NCBI GenBank assembly: GCA_963678065.2
Contig: CAXXVZ010000003.1
Span: 1,344,001 to 1,408,000, forward strand
Source: Treponemataceae bacterium
GTDB lineage: Bacteria > Spirochaetota > Spirochaetia > Treponematales > Rectinemataceae
DNA length: 64,000 nucleotides
Reading direction: 5' to 3'
Positions 36,845-46,524 of the stretch are shown piece by piece (the stretch's first letter is position 1; every line of letters begins with the position of its first letter). The notes under the pieces are model-generated. The model was not told the DNA's origin and ran no database searches. It saw nothing but the letters and a program-made list of their open reading frames with translations. Made by a program: the position numbers and the translations under genes.

Positions 36845-38326
36845 TTAGTCCCGCAGGTTTCTGTCCCGGATCGCGCAATAGTCTTCATATTTTTCGCGGT
36901 AGCGCCGCGAGAAGGCCGCCCGGGGCTCGAAGGTCTTCCCTGTCTCGAGTTTACCCGCCGCCTGTGCGCCGTCGGCGAAGGTTCTGCAGCCGAGTCCGGC
37001 CAGAATCGCCGCTCCGATGGATGCGGCCTCCGAAGTCGCGAGCGCGCTCACCGGTTTTCCGCAGGCATCGGCGATTATCCGGCACCAGAGCTCGCTGCGC
37101 GACCCGCCGCCGAAAATCCGCAGCTCGCCGATGGCGCCCGAAAGCTCCTCCATGACCTCGAGGTTGGAGCGGATCAGGCAGGCCATGCCCTCGTAGAAGC
37201 CTCGCACAAGCTGACCCCTATCCGTCGAGAAGTCGAGGCCGTGGATGAACCCGCGCGCCCGAGCTGCGTAGTGCGGAGAACCCGCCCCGGAGAAGAAGGG
37301 AAAAACAGTCACTGGATTCGGCTCTCCCTCCGATCTCTCCGCCAGAAGGTTGAGATCGTCGTAGCCGAGTTCGGGAAAGAAGGTCTTTTTCATCCAGTCG
37401 AGGACACTGCAGCAGTCGGAAGAGCCCTCTATCACCCAGCGCCCCTCCGAGAGGCCGGAAAAACAGGGTATCCGCATGAGTGGATCGAGGACAGGCCTTG
37501 CGCACTGCCTCGTGATGGCCATCGCCGTCCCGAGGGATACGGTCGTCCGGGCCATATCGATGCCGGCCCCGAGAGCCGCCACCTTCTGGTCCTGGCCGCC
37601 GACGGAAACGACGGTCGACTCGGGCAGTCCGAGTTCGCCCGCGACGCCCGCAAGGAGCTTGCCCACCGGCGTCCCGCTGGAGCGCAGCTTTGGCAATTTG
37701 CCCGGCTCGATCCCGAACGATTCGAGAATCCAGGCCGACCAGGCCCTCTCTCCGATGTCGTAGAACATCGTGCCCGAAGCCATGCTGTGGTCGGTCACGA
37801 ACTCGCCGGTCAGACGCGCGAGAAGGAAATCGAGCGGCATCAGGATTTTCGCCGCGGCGCGGTAGGTTTCCGGCTCGTGTTCCATGAGCCAGAGCAGCTT
37901 GGGCAGCGTGTAGGCCGCGCTGCAGCGCTTCCCCGTCCGGGCGAAGATATCCCGCTCGCCCAATCTGTCGCGGATCGTGTCCATCTGCGCCACTGCGCGC
38001 ATGTCCATCCAGCTGATGGCGGGGCCAAGGGGCTCGCAGAAAGCGTCCACCGGCACGAATGAGATGCCCTGGGAGCTGACGCTGAGTCCCCGCACGCGAT
38101 CGGCGCGGACTCCGGGCTGACGGAGGGCTTCCGCGATAGCTTCGCGGGAAGATTCCCACCAGAGCTTTGCGTCCTGCTCGATCTCGCCGCCCGGCCTCGC
38201 CGCGAGGGGAATGCGGCGGGAGGCGCTGCCCTGTACGCGAAGGTCAGCGTCGACGACGACGCATTTGCACACTGTCGTCCCGAGATCTATCCCGACGAGA
38301 AGATCCCCGTCTCCAGTCGAGCTCAT
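36845..38326 (-). CDS. FGGY-family carbohydrate kinase
   Basis: GIDLGTTVCK, ISWMDMRA, PKLLWL, TDHSMASGT, GGQDQ, SLGT, GGGSRSELW. Confidence 0.92.
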   Translation of the reverse strand: MSSTGDGDLLVGIDLGTTVCKCVVVDADLRVQGSASRRIPLAARPGGEIEQDAKLWWESSREAIAEALRQPGVRADRVRGLSVSSQGISFVPVDAFCEPLGPAISWMDMRAVAQMDTIRDRLGERDIFARTGKRCSAAYTLPKLLWLMEHEPETYRAAAKILMPLDFLLARLTGEFVTDHSMASGTMFYDIGERAWSAWILESFGIEPGKLPKLRSSGTPVGKLLAGVAGELGLPESTVVSVGGQDQKVAALGAGIDMARTTVSLGTAMAITRQCARPVLDPLMRIPCFSGLSEGRWVIEGSSDCCSVLDWMKKTFFPELGYDDLNLLAERSEGEPNPVTVFPFFSGAGSPHYAARARGFIHGLDFSTDRGQLVRGFYEGMACLIRSNLEVMEELSGAIGELRIFGGGSRSELWCRIIADACGKPVSALATSEAASIGAAILAGLGCRTFADGAQAAGKLETGKTFEPRAAFSRRYREKYEDYCAIRDRNLRD

Positions 38327-39495
38327 CGGCGCTCCACGACGAGCTCGCCGCCCAGGATGACCGATTTCAGGTTGAAAGACTCGTCGACGAGGATGGCGTC
38401 CGCTCTCTTCCCGACTTCCAGCGTGCCGATCTCATCCAGCATTTTGATGGCCTTGGCGGGATTCCGCGCGCCGATCCTGAACGCGTCGACGAGGCCTATT
38501 CCGGTATGATTCATGAAATTGCGCACAGCCCGGTACATGAGAAGCCGACTTCCGCACAACTCTTCGCCCACCATGTTGATGTCGGGGGAATCGGCGGCTT
38601 CCCCTGTTCCGGACTCCGTACCTTTGGACGTCTCGTCGAATCCCCCCTGCGTCGCGCAATCCGTGATCGCGATGATCCTGTCTATGCCGACAGTCTTCAG
38701 GATCAGCTTGCACATGAGGGGGCGCACGTGGACCCCGCGCTCATCCGGGATCACCTCCGTCATCACCGAGTCGCAGAGCATGATGGCCTCGTCGAATCCG
38801 ACTTCGCGCGTGCCGGCCCACCTGGTCGGGACGATCGAGCAGCCCGTGGCATCCATAATGTGGGTGCACACAGAGACACCCTTCTGCGCGTACTTGAAGA
38901 TGAGTTCCGGACTGGCCTCCGAGTGCGCGAAGGACATGGTTATGCCCTTTCCGAGCACCGTGTCGGCGAAGGCCTCGATATTCTCCACCTCGGGCGAGAA
39001 GGACCACTGCCGTATAAGTCCTTCCGCCAATTCAAGATAGGTATTGTACTCGACGGGATCGGGCGCCCGGGCCGTCCTGGCGGAGGCGCCGTATTTCGGA
39101 TTCAGGTAGGGGCCTTCGAAGTGGATGCCGACGATGTTGCCGGGATTCTTCTCCTCGCAGGCCTTCCGTATGAGGCCGATAGCCTTCACCGTCGTGGGAA
39201 AATCCTGGGCGTGATAGAGCGAACAGCAGAGCGAAGTGGTCCCCCCCGCCAGATGGTGTTTCGCCACGGCCACGGGATCGTCGTAGCACCATATCGCCCC
39301 GCCGCCGTGGCAGTGGATGTCGACGAGGCCGGGGCCCGCGATGAGCCCCGCCCCGTCGATGACCCGCGCGCCCGCCGGTATCCCGATTTCACGGGCGGGG
39401 CCAAGGCCCACGATCCGTCCGCCGTCCATGACGAGCGCGCCATCTTCAAGAATGCCGTCTTCCGTGACTATTCTGACATTAACAAGAGCTTGCAT
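38323..39495 (-). CDS. N-acetylhexosamine-phosphate deacetylase-like (NagA family, divergent)
   Basis: PGLVDIHCHG, GIHFEGPYL, AHS, THIMDA, GVHV, ITDC, NPA, GKRAD. Confidence 0.82.
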   Translation of the reverse strand: MQALVNVRIVTEDGILEDGALVMDGGRIVGLGPAREIGIPAGARVIDGAGLIAGPGLVDIHCHGGGAIWCYDDPVAVAKHHLAGGTTSLCCSLYHAQDFPTTVKAIGLIRKACEEKNPGNIVGIHFEGPYLNPKYGASARTARAPDPVEYNTYLELAEGLIRQWSFSPEVENIEAFADTVLGKGITMSFAHSEASPELIFKYAQKGVSVCTHIMDATGCSIVPTRWAGTREVGFDEAIMLCDSVMTEVIPDERGVHVRPLMCKLILKTVGIDRIIAITDCATQGGFDETSKGTESGTGEAADSPDINMVGEELCGSRLLMYRAVRNFMNHTGIGLVDAFRIGARNPAKAIKMLDEIGTLEVGKRADAILVDESFNLKSVILGGELVVERR

Positions 39496-39568
39496 TGTCG
39501 CCTCTTTGCAGATTCATGGCCGATCGGTCGATCGGGGCCGATTTTAAGGAAGCCTCGGGTCGTACCGC

Positions 39569-40507
39569 TCAATAGCCGACCGTTTCCCAGCACTCGAACT
39601 CTTTCGCGATCATCTCGCTGACGTACACGGAGGTCGGGAAGAGCTGAAGGATGGAAGACGGTACCTTGGGGGTGACCTCTCCGTACAGCACGAGCCGCGA
39701 GGTCATCCTCTGCCAGGAGGAGATGGATCCCATGGTCGCGAGATCGTGGAATTCCATCCTGTTCCTGCTCCGGGCCACATCCGCAGGGCCTATGGTCGCA
39801 GCCTTGGGCGGCACGTTGGCGATATCGCCCGAGCAGCCGAATACGCCGTGCAGGGAGTTCTGCATGATCGTGAGCGGATTGAGGGTGACCACCCGCGCGT
39901 TCATCGCGAGAAATTCCTCGACCGTATCGCAGGCGAACTCGGGCGTGTCCGGATCGATGAACGCGATGTGCCCCGCCCAGCCCGGGCCGCTGTAGCAGAT
40001 GTCGGCCCCGCCCTCGCCGCACTCGGTGATCATGTCGCTGTAGCGCGCGATGTTCTCCGTAGTCGGCGCGCGGCAGTTCTCCCGGGGCATGCGCAGATCG
40101 GGATCTATCTGTCCGTAGAAATATTTCATGAACGAGTGATTGAATCCGGCGCAGTAGCTCTCGGGGGCTATGTTGCCGTCCTGGTCGGCCCACTCGTCCA
40201 TGTTGAAGGTGTGCACATTTCTGCAATTGATTTTGAATCTATTGACGAGCTCCGCCACCGCCGCATACATGACCGGCGCGGGGTTGGGCATGATCATGAC
40301 GAGTTTCTTGTCCTGCTCATCCGACTCCCGCATGCGGAGCACCATGTCTCCGAGCCAGAGCAGGGACGGACTCTCGACGATCTTGATCCTGAAATCCGGG
40401 TTGGCGTGCTTCTCCATATCGGCTCGCGTCAGTTTCCGGCACCTGTCCAGGACTTCCTTGTTCTGATACGGCACCCACGGGGCCGGTTTGAACGTAAATT
40501 CTTTCAT
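39569..40507 (-). CDS. Glucosamine-6-phosphate deaminase/isomerase-like (NagB family, divergent)
   Basis: TFNMDEW, GPGWAGHIAFIDP, AATIGP, VPSSILQ resemble NagB FNLDEY, GIGxNGHIxFNEP and PASxLQ. Confidence 0.75.
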   Translation of the reverse strand: MKEFTFKPAPWVPYQNKEVLDRCRKLTRADMEKHANPDFRIKIVESPSLLWLGDMVLRMRESDEQDKKLVMIMPNPAPVMYAAVAELVNRFKINCRNVHTFNMDEWADQDGNIAPESYCAGFNHSFMKYFYGQIDPDLRMPRENCRAPTTENIARYSDMITECGEGGADICYSGPGWAGHIAFIDPDTPEFACDTVEEFLAMNARVVTLNPLTIMQNSLHGVFGCSGDIANVPPKAATIGPADVARSRNRMEFHDLATMGSISSWQRMTSRLVLYGEVTPKVPSSILQLFPTSVYVSEMIAKEFECWETVGY

Positions 40508-40576
40508 GCGACGTTCCTCCTCTTCTTTTACGGATACGATGCAAATCGACTTGTGTTTGACCGGAGAGTTCCGGGA

Positions 40577-41065
40577 TTATGGTTCGACGCGCCTGTATGG
40601 CTCCGCCAGAAGCTTGACCCCTTGTGCGTACTTCCTGGCCAATTCGCGGTCCTTGTAGATCCGCATCACACATCGCGGCTCGGTCCTGGAGATGATATCG
40701 TAGACGCAGAAATATCCCCTCTTCTCCATGAGGGGCTTGATCCACCCCGCGCAGTGGTCGCAATACAGGGGAAAGGCCCCGGCATCGTTGTCCATGGCCT
40801 TCCTGAGCGAGGGACAGGCGTGCATGAGGAACTCGAAATACTCATCGGTCAGAGTCAGCGTCGCGTCGCAATTCTCCTCGATCCTGATGTGCTCCCAATA
40901 CTCGTACATCCCCGCAAGGCCAGCCTTGTCGATGTAGGGGCCCAGGATCGACTCCTGGAGATCCGATATTTCGAGCCAGTATTCCTGCAGCTGGGAGTGT
41001 CCGCGCTCTTCCAGCATTTTGAAGAGTTCATTGTACATTCTGACGAAGTGATCACTTGGCAGCAT
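40577..41065 (-). CDS. Hypothetical protein, Cys-rich, V4R/ATC-hydrolase-like fold suspected
   Basis: MHACPS...YCDHC...PRC pattern; overlaps the upstream gene by 14 nt. Confidence 0.6.
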   Translation of the reverse strand: MLPSDHFVRMYNELFKMLEERGHSQLQEYWLEISDLQESILGPYIDKAGLAGMYEYWEHIRIEENCDATLTLTDEYFEFLMHACPSLRKAMDNDAGAFPLYCDHCAGWIKPLMEKRGYFCVYDIISRTEPRCVMRIYKDRELARKYAQGVKLLAEPYRRVEP

Positions 41066-41519
41066 CGGTCTTTCTCCTCAGAGTGATCAGACACTCGCGT
41101 TCGCCCTTCACTTCCGTCGAGATTTCGAAGGGAGTGCCCTCGGCCCAGGCATTGTTCATGAGGATTGTCTGAAGATGGAATTCCGGAGAGACAGGCCTTC
41201 CCCCTTCCGCCAGATGCCTCGCGGCGGGACAGTCCTTCACGTGCAGGCGGACCGCGCCGGCTTCCTCTTCGATCGTGAAATCTCCCCCTTCCCGCTCGAG
41301 AAAAAACTTCCAATGCCCGAGGAGTTCGGAGGGGTCTCCACCCTTGAGGTGGTCGTATATGTCGACATAGACCTTCTGCGCGGTCCGCCTGAAGAGCTCC
41401 GCGAGGAAATTCCTGTCGTATTTTTTGAGCACGTACCGGATCGTAGTGTCGGTGGCCAAATGGAAGTCTTTGTGGACTTCCCCTGTCGCTGCGTATCTCA
41501 TCGATTTCATTCTCCTCAT
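41052..41519 (-). CDS. Hypothetical protein, apparent distant paralog of the adjacent gene
   Basis: LLGHWKFFLEREGG...LHVKDCPA...RECLITL parallels MYEYWEHIRIEEN...LMHACPS...PRCVMRI. Start uncertain (41519/41510/41501). Confidence 0.6.
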   Translation of the reverse strand: MRRMKSMRYAATGEVHKDFHLATDTTIRYVLKKYDRNFLAELFRRTAQKVYVDIYDHLKGGDPSELLGHWKFFLEREGGDFTIEEEAGAVRLHVKDCPAARHLAEGGRPVSPEFHLQTILMNNAWAEGTPFEISTEVKGERECLITLRRKTDAAK

Positions 41520-41541
41520 CGATTCCCTCGGGAATCCAGGA

Positions 41542-42438
41542 TCAGACCAGGTAGTCGCGGTACTCGGCAAGACAGCGCTCGATCCTCTTTCTGACCTGAT
41601 CGCTCAGCGCGTTTTCCTCGGCCGGGACAAGCGTCTTTTCCGTGGCGATGATCCCGAGCAGCTTCAGGGCGTACTTCTGGCCGATCCACACCGTGCTGAG
41701 ATCGGCGCCGTAGACGCCGTCGAATATCTTCAGCATGACACTCTGGCGCTCGGCCGCGGCGCGAAGATCGCCTGAATCGACCGCATCGGCGATCGAGCGG
41801 AACAATTTCGCCCCGAGCGGGGCCATTCCCACGAGGGCTCCGTCGCAGCCGAGGGCCAGGGACTCGTCGACGACCCACTCCTGCCCCTCGAAAAGGACGA
41901 AATTCCTGGTTCGCTTGAGTTCGAGCAATTCCTTTCTCGCCCGCAGGCTGTCGGAGGAGTTCTTTACGCCGGCCACGTTCGGGTGGGAGAAGAGTTCGGC
42001 GAACTGCTCCTTGGTGAGGGAAATTCCATTCGCGCCCGGCACGTAATACAGATAAATCGGCTTCGGCGAGAAATCCGCGATCTTCTGCACATATTTGACG
42101 GTGTCTTTCGGTTTCGCCCAGCCTCCCGGCAGCTGCACCGCGAAGGAATCGCAGCCCAGCTTCGAGAAGGTCTCGATGTTTTCGAGAATGCCGGCCAGCC
42201 CCGTGGAGTGGACACCCGCTATCATTTCGGCCCGGCCGCGGAGGATGCCGGAGGCTGCAAAGAGCAACTCCCGCTTCATCGCGCTGTCGAGGACAGCCCA
42301 CTCCCCCATCGAGCCGAGGAAAAAGAATCCCTCGATTCCCCTCTCGAGATCGAACTCGAGAAGGCGTTCCAGCGATGTCGCGTCGATTCTGCCCTCTTCG
42401 GTGAAGGGCGTGACGGACGCGGAATAAATTCGTTTCAT
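41542..42438 (-). CDS. DapA/NanA-family class I aldolase
   Basis: VTPF, LGSMGEW, YLYYVP, GVKNSS. GAGGAG RBS. Confidence 0.88.
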   Translation of the reverse strand: MKRIYSASVTPFTEEGRIDATSLERLLEFDLERGIEGFFFLGSMGEWAVLDSAMKRELLFAASGILRGRAEMIAGVHSTGLAGILENIETFSKLGCDSFAVQLPGGWAKPKDTVKYVQKIADFSPKPIYLYYVPGANGISLTKEQFAELFSHPNVAGVKNSSDSLRARKELLELKRTRNFVLFEGQEWVVDESLALGCDGALVGMAPLGAKLFRSIADAVDSGDLRAAAERQSVMLKIFDGVYGADLSTVWIGQKYALKLLGIIATEKTLVPAEENALSDQVRKRIERCLAEYRDYLV

Positions 42439-42464
42439 TCGGTTCTCCTCTTTTCCCGCGGATC

Positions 42465-43409
42465 TCAGGGGCGCACAGTCTTCCACAGAGCGGGATTCAC
42501 GCAATGTTCCGGGACCTCGTCGAAGGCGGCTGACACCTCGGCCAGGATTTCCGGACCGAGCGGGCCGCGCATGAAAATGTCGTAATTTTCGTCGAATTGA
42601 GCGGCCGTATCCATGCCGAGAATGCTCGTTCCGATCTCGGGCCGCGAAAACACGTATCTGAGGCTGAGGGTTTTCCGGTCCATGCCGTACCGGCCGGCGA
42701 TATCCTCGAGTCGCTCGATGTAGGCCCGAGCGTAGGAAAGGTTTGCGGGCAGCTCATCGGGCGCCATGAGGACGAGTCCCTGCAGGTAGGAGCTGCGGCT
42801 CACCACGAGGATACCGGATTTTTTGGCCTTCTCGAAGAATCCGGATTTCGCCCATCTGCCGTCGAAGACATTGAAGGGGATCTGGAGCGCCTCCAGTCCC
42901 GGCAGGCCGAAGCAAGCCTCTGCGCCGCTCGGGCCGACCTCCACGGAGACGCCGGCGTGCCGGACCTGCCCCGATGCGACCGCGTCGAGGAGAAAGTTCC
43001 AGAGGCAGGGAAACCTGAGGTAGCGCTCGGTGTGCAGAAGGCAGAGTTCGAGGCTGTCCACCCTGAGAGCCGCAAGACTTCCCTCGAGGCTCGCGCGCGC
43101 CGCCGCGAGGAGCCCGGGCTCGTCCATGGACTCCCAATCCCCCGGCAAGTCCAGTTTCGTGGCGACGATGAAGTCATCCCGCGCACCGAGCCGGTCGAGG
43201 GCATCGGCTATGCGCGCCTCGCTCGAACCGTAGGCCCTGGCGGTGTCGAGGAAGGTGACGCCCCGCTGTCTGCACTTTTCGAACACAGCGTCGATGTCCG
43301 CCGTCGGCGTCTGCCCCGTCTTGTTGTTTATGCCGTAGCTCAAACCGTACTGGACGGTTCCGACACCGAGGCGGGAGACTGCGCGACCGAAGAAATCGTA
43401 GTGCTGCAT
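42465..43409 (-). CDS. Aldo/keto reductase
   Basis: GVGTVQYG, FLDTARAYGSSE, VATK, LLH, GVSV, LQIPFNVFD, RSSYLQGL. Confidence 0.9.
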   Translation of the reverse strand: MQHYDFFGRAVSRLGVGTVQYGLSYGINNKTGQTPTADIDAVFEKCRQRGVTFLDTARAYGSSEARIADALDRLGARDDFIVATKLDLPGDWESMDEPGLLAAARASLEGSLAALRVDSLELCLLHTERYLRFPCLWNFLLDAVASGQVRHAGVSVEVGPSGAEACFGLPGLEALQIPFNVFDGRWAKSGFFEKAKKSGILVVSRSSYLQGLVLMAPDELPANLSYARAYIERLEDIAGRYGMDRKTLSLRYVFSRPEIGTSILGMDTAAQFDENYDIFMRGPLGPEILAEVSAAFDEVPEHCVNPALWKTVRP

Positions 43410-43425
43410 TTTAATTCCAACCTAT

Positions 43426-43472
43426 GATAATGTTATGACAATCATAATGACGTCATTGTCGCAACTTGTCAA
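43426..43472 (-). promoter_or_regulatory. Internal sigma70-type promoter upstream of the AKR gene with candidate operator
   Basis: Minus strand TTGACA-17-CATTAT (43444-43472). Palindrome AATGACGTCATT and ATAATGTTATGACA element. Confidence 0.6.
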
Positions 43473-43499
43473 GACAAAACGTTGGTCCTGACGACTGCT

Positions 43500-44816
43500 T
43501 CAGTTCAGACGTCTGAACCCGCTGTGCGCCACGGGTCCTGCGAGCGAGGATTCGATCTCATCCGCCGCGATGACCCCGGCGATGAGCGCGAAAACTTCCT
43601 CGATGGCCTTTCCGTACAGCGAGACCGGCCCGTCGCGATGCGCGAGCGTGGGGTAGAGGGAAACTCCCGCGAGGAATCCCCGCTCGAGCATCGCCTGAGT
43701 GTAGAGCGTCCGGAGGGCCTCCGCCTTGGGATGCACGAAGCGGAAATGGGCGAGGCAGGCCTGGCATCCCCCGGTGTCGACGGGAAGTCCGTTTTTCTTC
43801 GCCGAAGTCTTCCAGTAGTCGAGGACACGGCGCCCCACATCCTCCACATAGGCCGGCACATCCGCGGCCCGCATCTTGGCGAGGGTGGCGAGGGCCGCCA
43901 CCGGACCGACGCTCTCGGTCCAATTCGTGCTGCTGATGAAAGATGTGTTCGCGCCCTCCATCGCCCTTGTGCTGCCGATGATCGCGCCGATGGGGTGTCC
44001 GTTGCCGAGGGCCTTCGCGAATATCGCGAGGTCGGGAGTTACGCCGAATTTCAGGTGCGCCCCGCCGAAATGGAGCCGCCAGCCTATGGTGATCTCGTCG
44101 AAAATGAGAAGGGCGCCGCAGCGGTGAGCCTGTTCCTTCACGTAGTCGAGGAAGCCCGGCGCGGGGTCGGTGTTCCTGCAGGGCTCCATGATGACCGCGG
44201 CGAGGTCCTTCCCGTGCTCCGCGATGATGGCCTCGAGTTCCCGCGCGTCGCCGAAGTGGAAGGCGAGACTCGTCCCCGCGAGTTCGCGGGGTACGCCGTG
44301 GGGATCGAGACCCGGAAGGAGGTGTCCGCCGAGGGCCTCGCTGTCGCCGAGATTGCAGGCGAGGTACCAGTCCTGCCAGCCGTGATAGCCGCAAATGGCG
44401 ACGATGGATCTGCCCGTCGTGGCCCTCGCGATGCGCACGGCCACCGCGCAGGCTTCTCCGCCCGAGCGGGTGAAGCGCGCCTGTTCGGCCCAGGGATGTA
44501 TCCCGCAGAGGGTATCGGCGAGCTCCACTTCCTCGGGCGGATTGAGAGAGCACATGCTCCCCCTGTCGATGCGGGATTTGACCGCGGAAGAGACATCCGG
44601 GTCCGCGAAGCCGAGGAGGCAGGAGCCGATTCCGTTCGTGGACATGTCGATGTAGCGCTTCCCGTCCAGATCCCAGACTTCGCAGCCTCTGGCCTCGCTG
44701 AAATAGGCCGGCCAGAGATCCGGAGCCATCATCTCCGGACGCTTGCTGAGGAGCTGTGTGCCTCCGGGAATCCTGATTTTCGCGCGCTCGTACAGCGCCG
44801 CCGTCACACTTTTCAT
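43500..44816 (-). CDS. Class III PLP aminotransferase (GSA-aminomutase-like fold, sugar aminotransferase type)
   Basis: IPGGTQLLSKRP, WDLDGKRYID, RSGGEA, GYHGW, LIFDEITIGWR, PDLAIFAKALGNG. Confidence 0.9.
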   Translation of the reverse strand: MKSVTAALYERAKIRIPGGTQLLSKRPEMMAPDLWPAYFSEARGCEVWDLDGKRYIDMSTNGIGSCLLGFADPDVSSAVKSRIDRGSMCSLNPPEEVELADTLCGIHPWAEQARFTRSGGEACAVAVRIARATTGRSIVAICGYHGWQDWYLACNLGDSEALGGHLLPGLDPHGVPRELAGTSLAFHFGDARELEAIIAEHGKDLAAVIMEPCRNTDPAPGFLDYVKEQAHRCGALLIFDEITIGWRLHFGGAHLKFGVTPDLAIFAKALGNGHPIGAIIGSTRAMEGANTSFISSTNWTESVGPVAALATLAKMRAADVPAYVEDVGRRVLDYWKTSAKKNGLPVDTGGCQACLAHFRFVHPKAEALRTLYTQAMLERGFLAGVSLYPTLAHRDGPVSLYGKAIEEVFALIAGVIAADEIESSLAGPVAHSGFRRLN

Positions 44817-45595
44817 TTCGCCGTATACCCGCCGTCCAGGGCTATGTTCGCGCCGGTCATATAAAGGGACGCGTCCGACGCGAGGTAGACGATGAGTCCC
44901 ATGAGATCCGTGTCATTCGCGAGCCGCCCGAGCTGCGTTCTCTCCGAATAATTCGCCTTGAAGCGCTCCGGCTGCGAGGGCATCGCGAGGCCGCCGGGGG
45001 AGACGCAATTGACGCGGATATTGAAGCGGCCGAAGTAGCTCGCGCAGAATCGCGTGAAGTTGATCATGCCGCCCTTGTGGAAAAAGTAGGAGCCGCACCA
45101 GCTCTCCATATCCGTCCCGTCGTAGTTGTGCTGCTCGAGCCCCACGGCACCCATCATCGAGGAGATATTGACGATGGAGCCGGCCCTGTTGGGTATCATC
45201 AGCTCGCCGAAGGCCCTCGTGATGATGAAGAGCCCTGTTCCGTTTATGTGCAGGTCGGCGTCGAAGGCGCTCGCGTCATCCCCCCAGTCTCGCATGTTCC
45301 GGGAGACTGCGTTGTTCACGAGGATGTCGCAGGTCCCGCTCCTCTTCGCGACCTCGTCGCGGAGACGGAGGATCGACGACTCGTCGCCCTGGTCGTACTG
45401 GAGGGCGGTGACCTTGAGCCCCCTCGCCCTGTACTCCTGCGCCGCCGTTTCCAGAGCCTCCACGTTCCGCGAGGCGATGTAGGTGTCCGCGCCGGCCTCG
45501 GCGAGCGCCGTGAGGCACTGCCTGCCATAGAGCCCCGCACCGCCCGTGAGGACGGCGACTTTCCCGTTCAGCGAAAACATATCGAGGACGCCCAT
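44813..45595 (-). CDS. SDR-family oxidoreductase
   Basis: TGGAGLYG, LVNNA, NISS, YFFHK (YxxxK), RVNCVSPGG, DGG. Confidence 0.92.
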   Translation of the reverse strand: MGVLDMFSLNGKVAVLTGGAGLYGRQCLTALAEAGADTYIASRNVEALETAAQEYRARGLKVTALQYDQGDESSILRLRDEVAKRSGTCDILVNNAVSRNMRDWGDDASAFDADLHINGTGLFIITRAFGELMIPNRAGSIVNISSMMGAVGLEQHNYDGTDMESWCGSYFFHKGGMINFTRFCASYFGRFNIRVNCVSPGGLAMPSQPERFKANYSERTQLGRLANDTDLMGLIVYLASDASLYMTGANIALDGGYTAK

Positions 45596-45596
45596 T

Positions 45597-46430
45597 CTAC
45601 CGCCCCTCCTGACTCTTTCCGGTCTGCCCGTAGAACTCCACGGCCCCGTTGCCCGCGCCGATCCCCGCCGCGGCGGCCATCGACGCGCAGTACTGGCTCA
45701 AGCCCACCACATCCGCGCCGATGCTCAGGAAGCGGTAGCCCGCGTCGATGAGCTCCTGGCGATTCTGCGGGTTGCAGACAGTGCCCGCGAATTTACCGTA
45801 TTTCTTCGCGAGTTCGGGTATTTTTTTCCGTATTTCGAGAAGCCTCGGATTCTTGAAGTTGCCCGGATCCCCGATCGCGACGCTGAAATCCCCCGGGCCG
45901 AAAAAGAGAATGTCGTAGCCGTCCACCGCAGCTATCTCTTCGAGCCTGTCGGCGCTCTCAGGATCCTCGATCTGGAGAATGACGAATTTTTCGCTGTTGG
46001 AGCGCGCGAGATACTCGAGGAAAGGAACGTTGCAGTAGGCGGCGTCCGCGTTGCCGCCATCGACGGCCCTGCGTCCAAGGGGAGGAAATTTCGTCATCCG
46101 GACGACGGCCGCAGCGTCCTCGCCGCTCATCACGTGGGGAACCATGATGCCGGCAGCGTCGAGCTCGAAGGGCCGAACGTAATCGCTGTAGCCGCCCCGC
46201 GAAACCCGGCAGAGTATGTCGGTGTCGCGGGTTTTCGCGGCCAGTATCTGCCTTTCCAGCGAGGCCCAGTCGTTGCCGACATGCTCCATGCAGGTCCAGA
46301 CGCAATCGAAGCCGTGCATGGCCGCGATCTCCACGGAGCGCGAATCGCTCAAGTTCACCTTGAAACAGTTCGCGACGCCGCCCGATCTGAGTACGCGGAG
46401 CGTCCTGCTCTTTCTCATCGTAAAATTCAT
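45597..46430 (-). CDS. HpcH/HpaI-family class II aldolase
   Basis: GFDCVWTCMEH, GIMVPHV, KFPPLGRR, LQIED, FFGPGDFS. Confidence 0.9.
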   Translation of the reverse strand: MNFTMRKSRTLRVLRSGGVANCFKVNLSDSRSVEIAAMHGFDCVWTCMEHVGNDWASLERQILAAKTRDTDILCRVSRGGYSDYVRPFELDAAGIMVPHVMSGEDAAAVVRMTKFPPLGRRAVDGGNADAAYCNVPFLEYLARSNSEKFVILQIEDPESADRLEEIAAVDGYDILFFGPGDFSVAIGDPGNFKNPRLLEIRKKIPELAKKYGKFAGTVCNPQNRQELIDAGYRFLSIGADVVGLSQYCASMAAAAGIGAGNGAVEFYGQTGKSQEGR

Positions 46431-46524
46431 GGTTTCTCCATTGAATACCCGGATTCATGCCCTCGCAGGGCGCCTCATGCAGGCATCGCAGGGGACGGAT
46501 CCGTCCGCGACGCCGGCCTGCCCG

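Noticed and set aside
43500..44816. hemL (glutamate-1-semialdehyde aminomutase) call
   Set aside because: Lacks the PGGVNSPVRAF and YHGHxD signatures and sits in a sugar operon with no hem genes.
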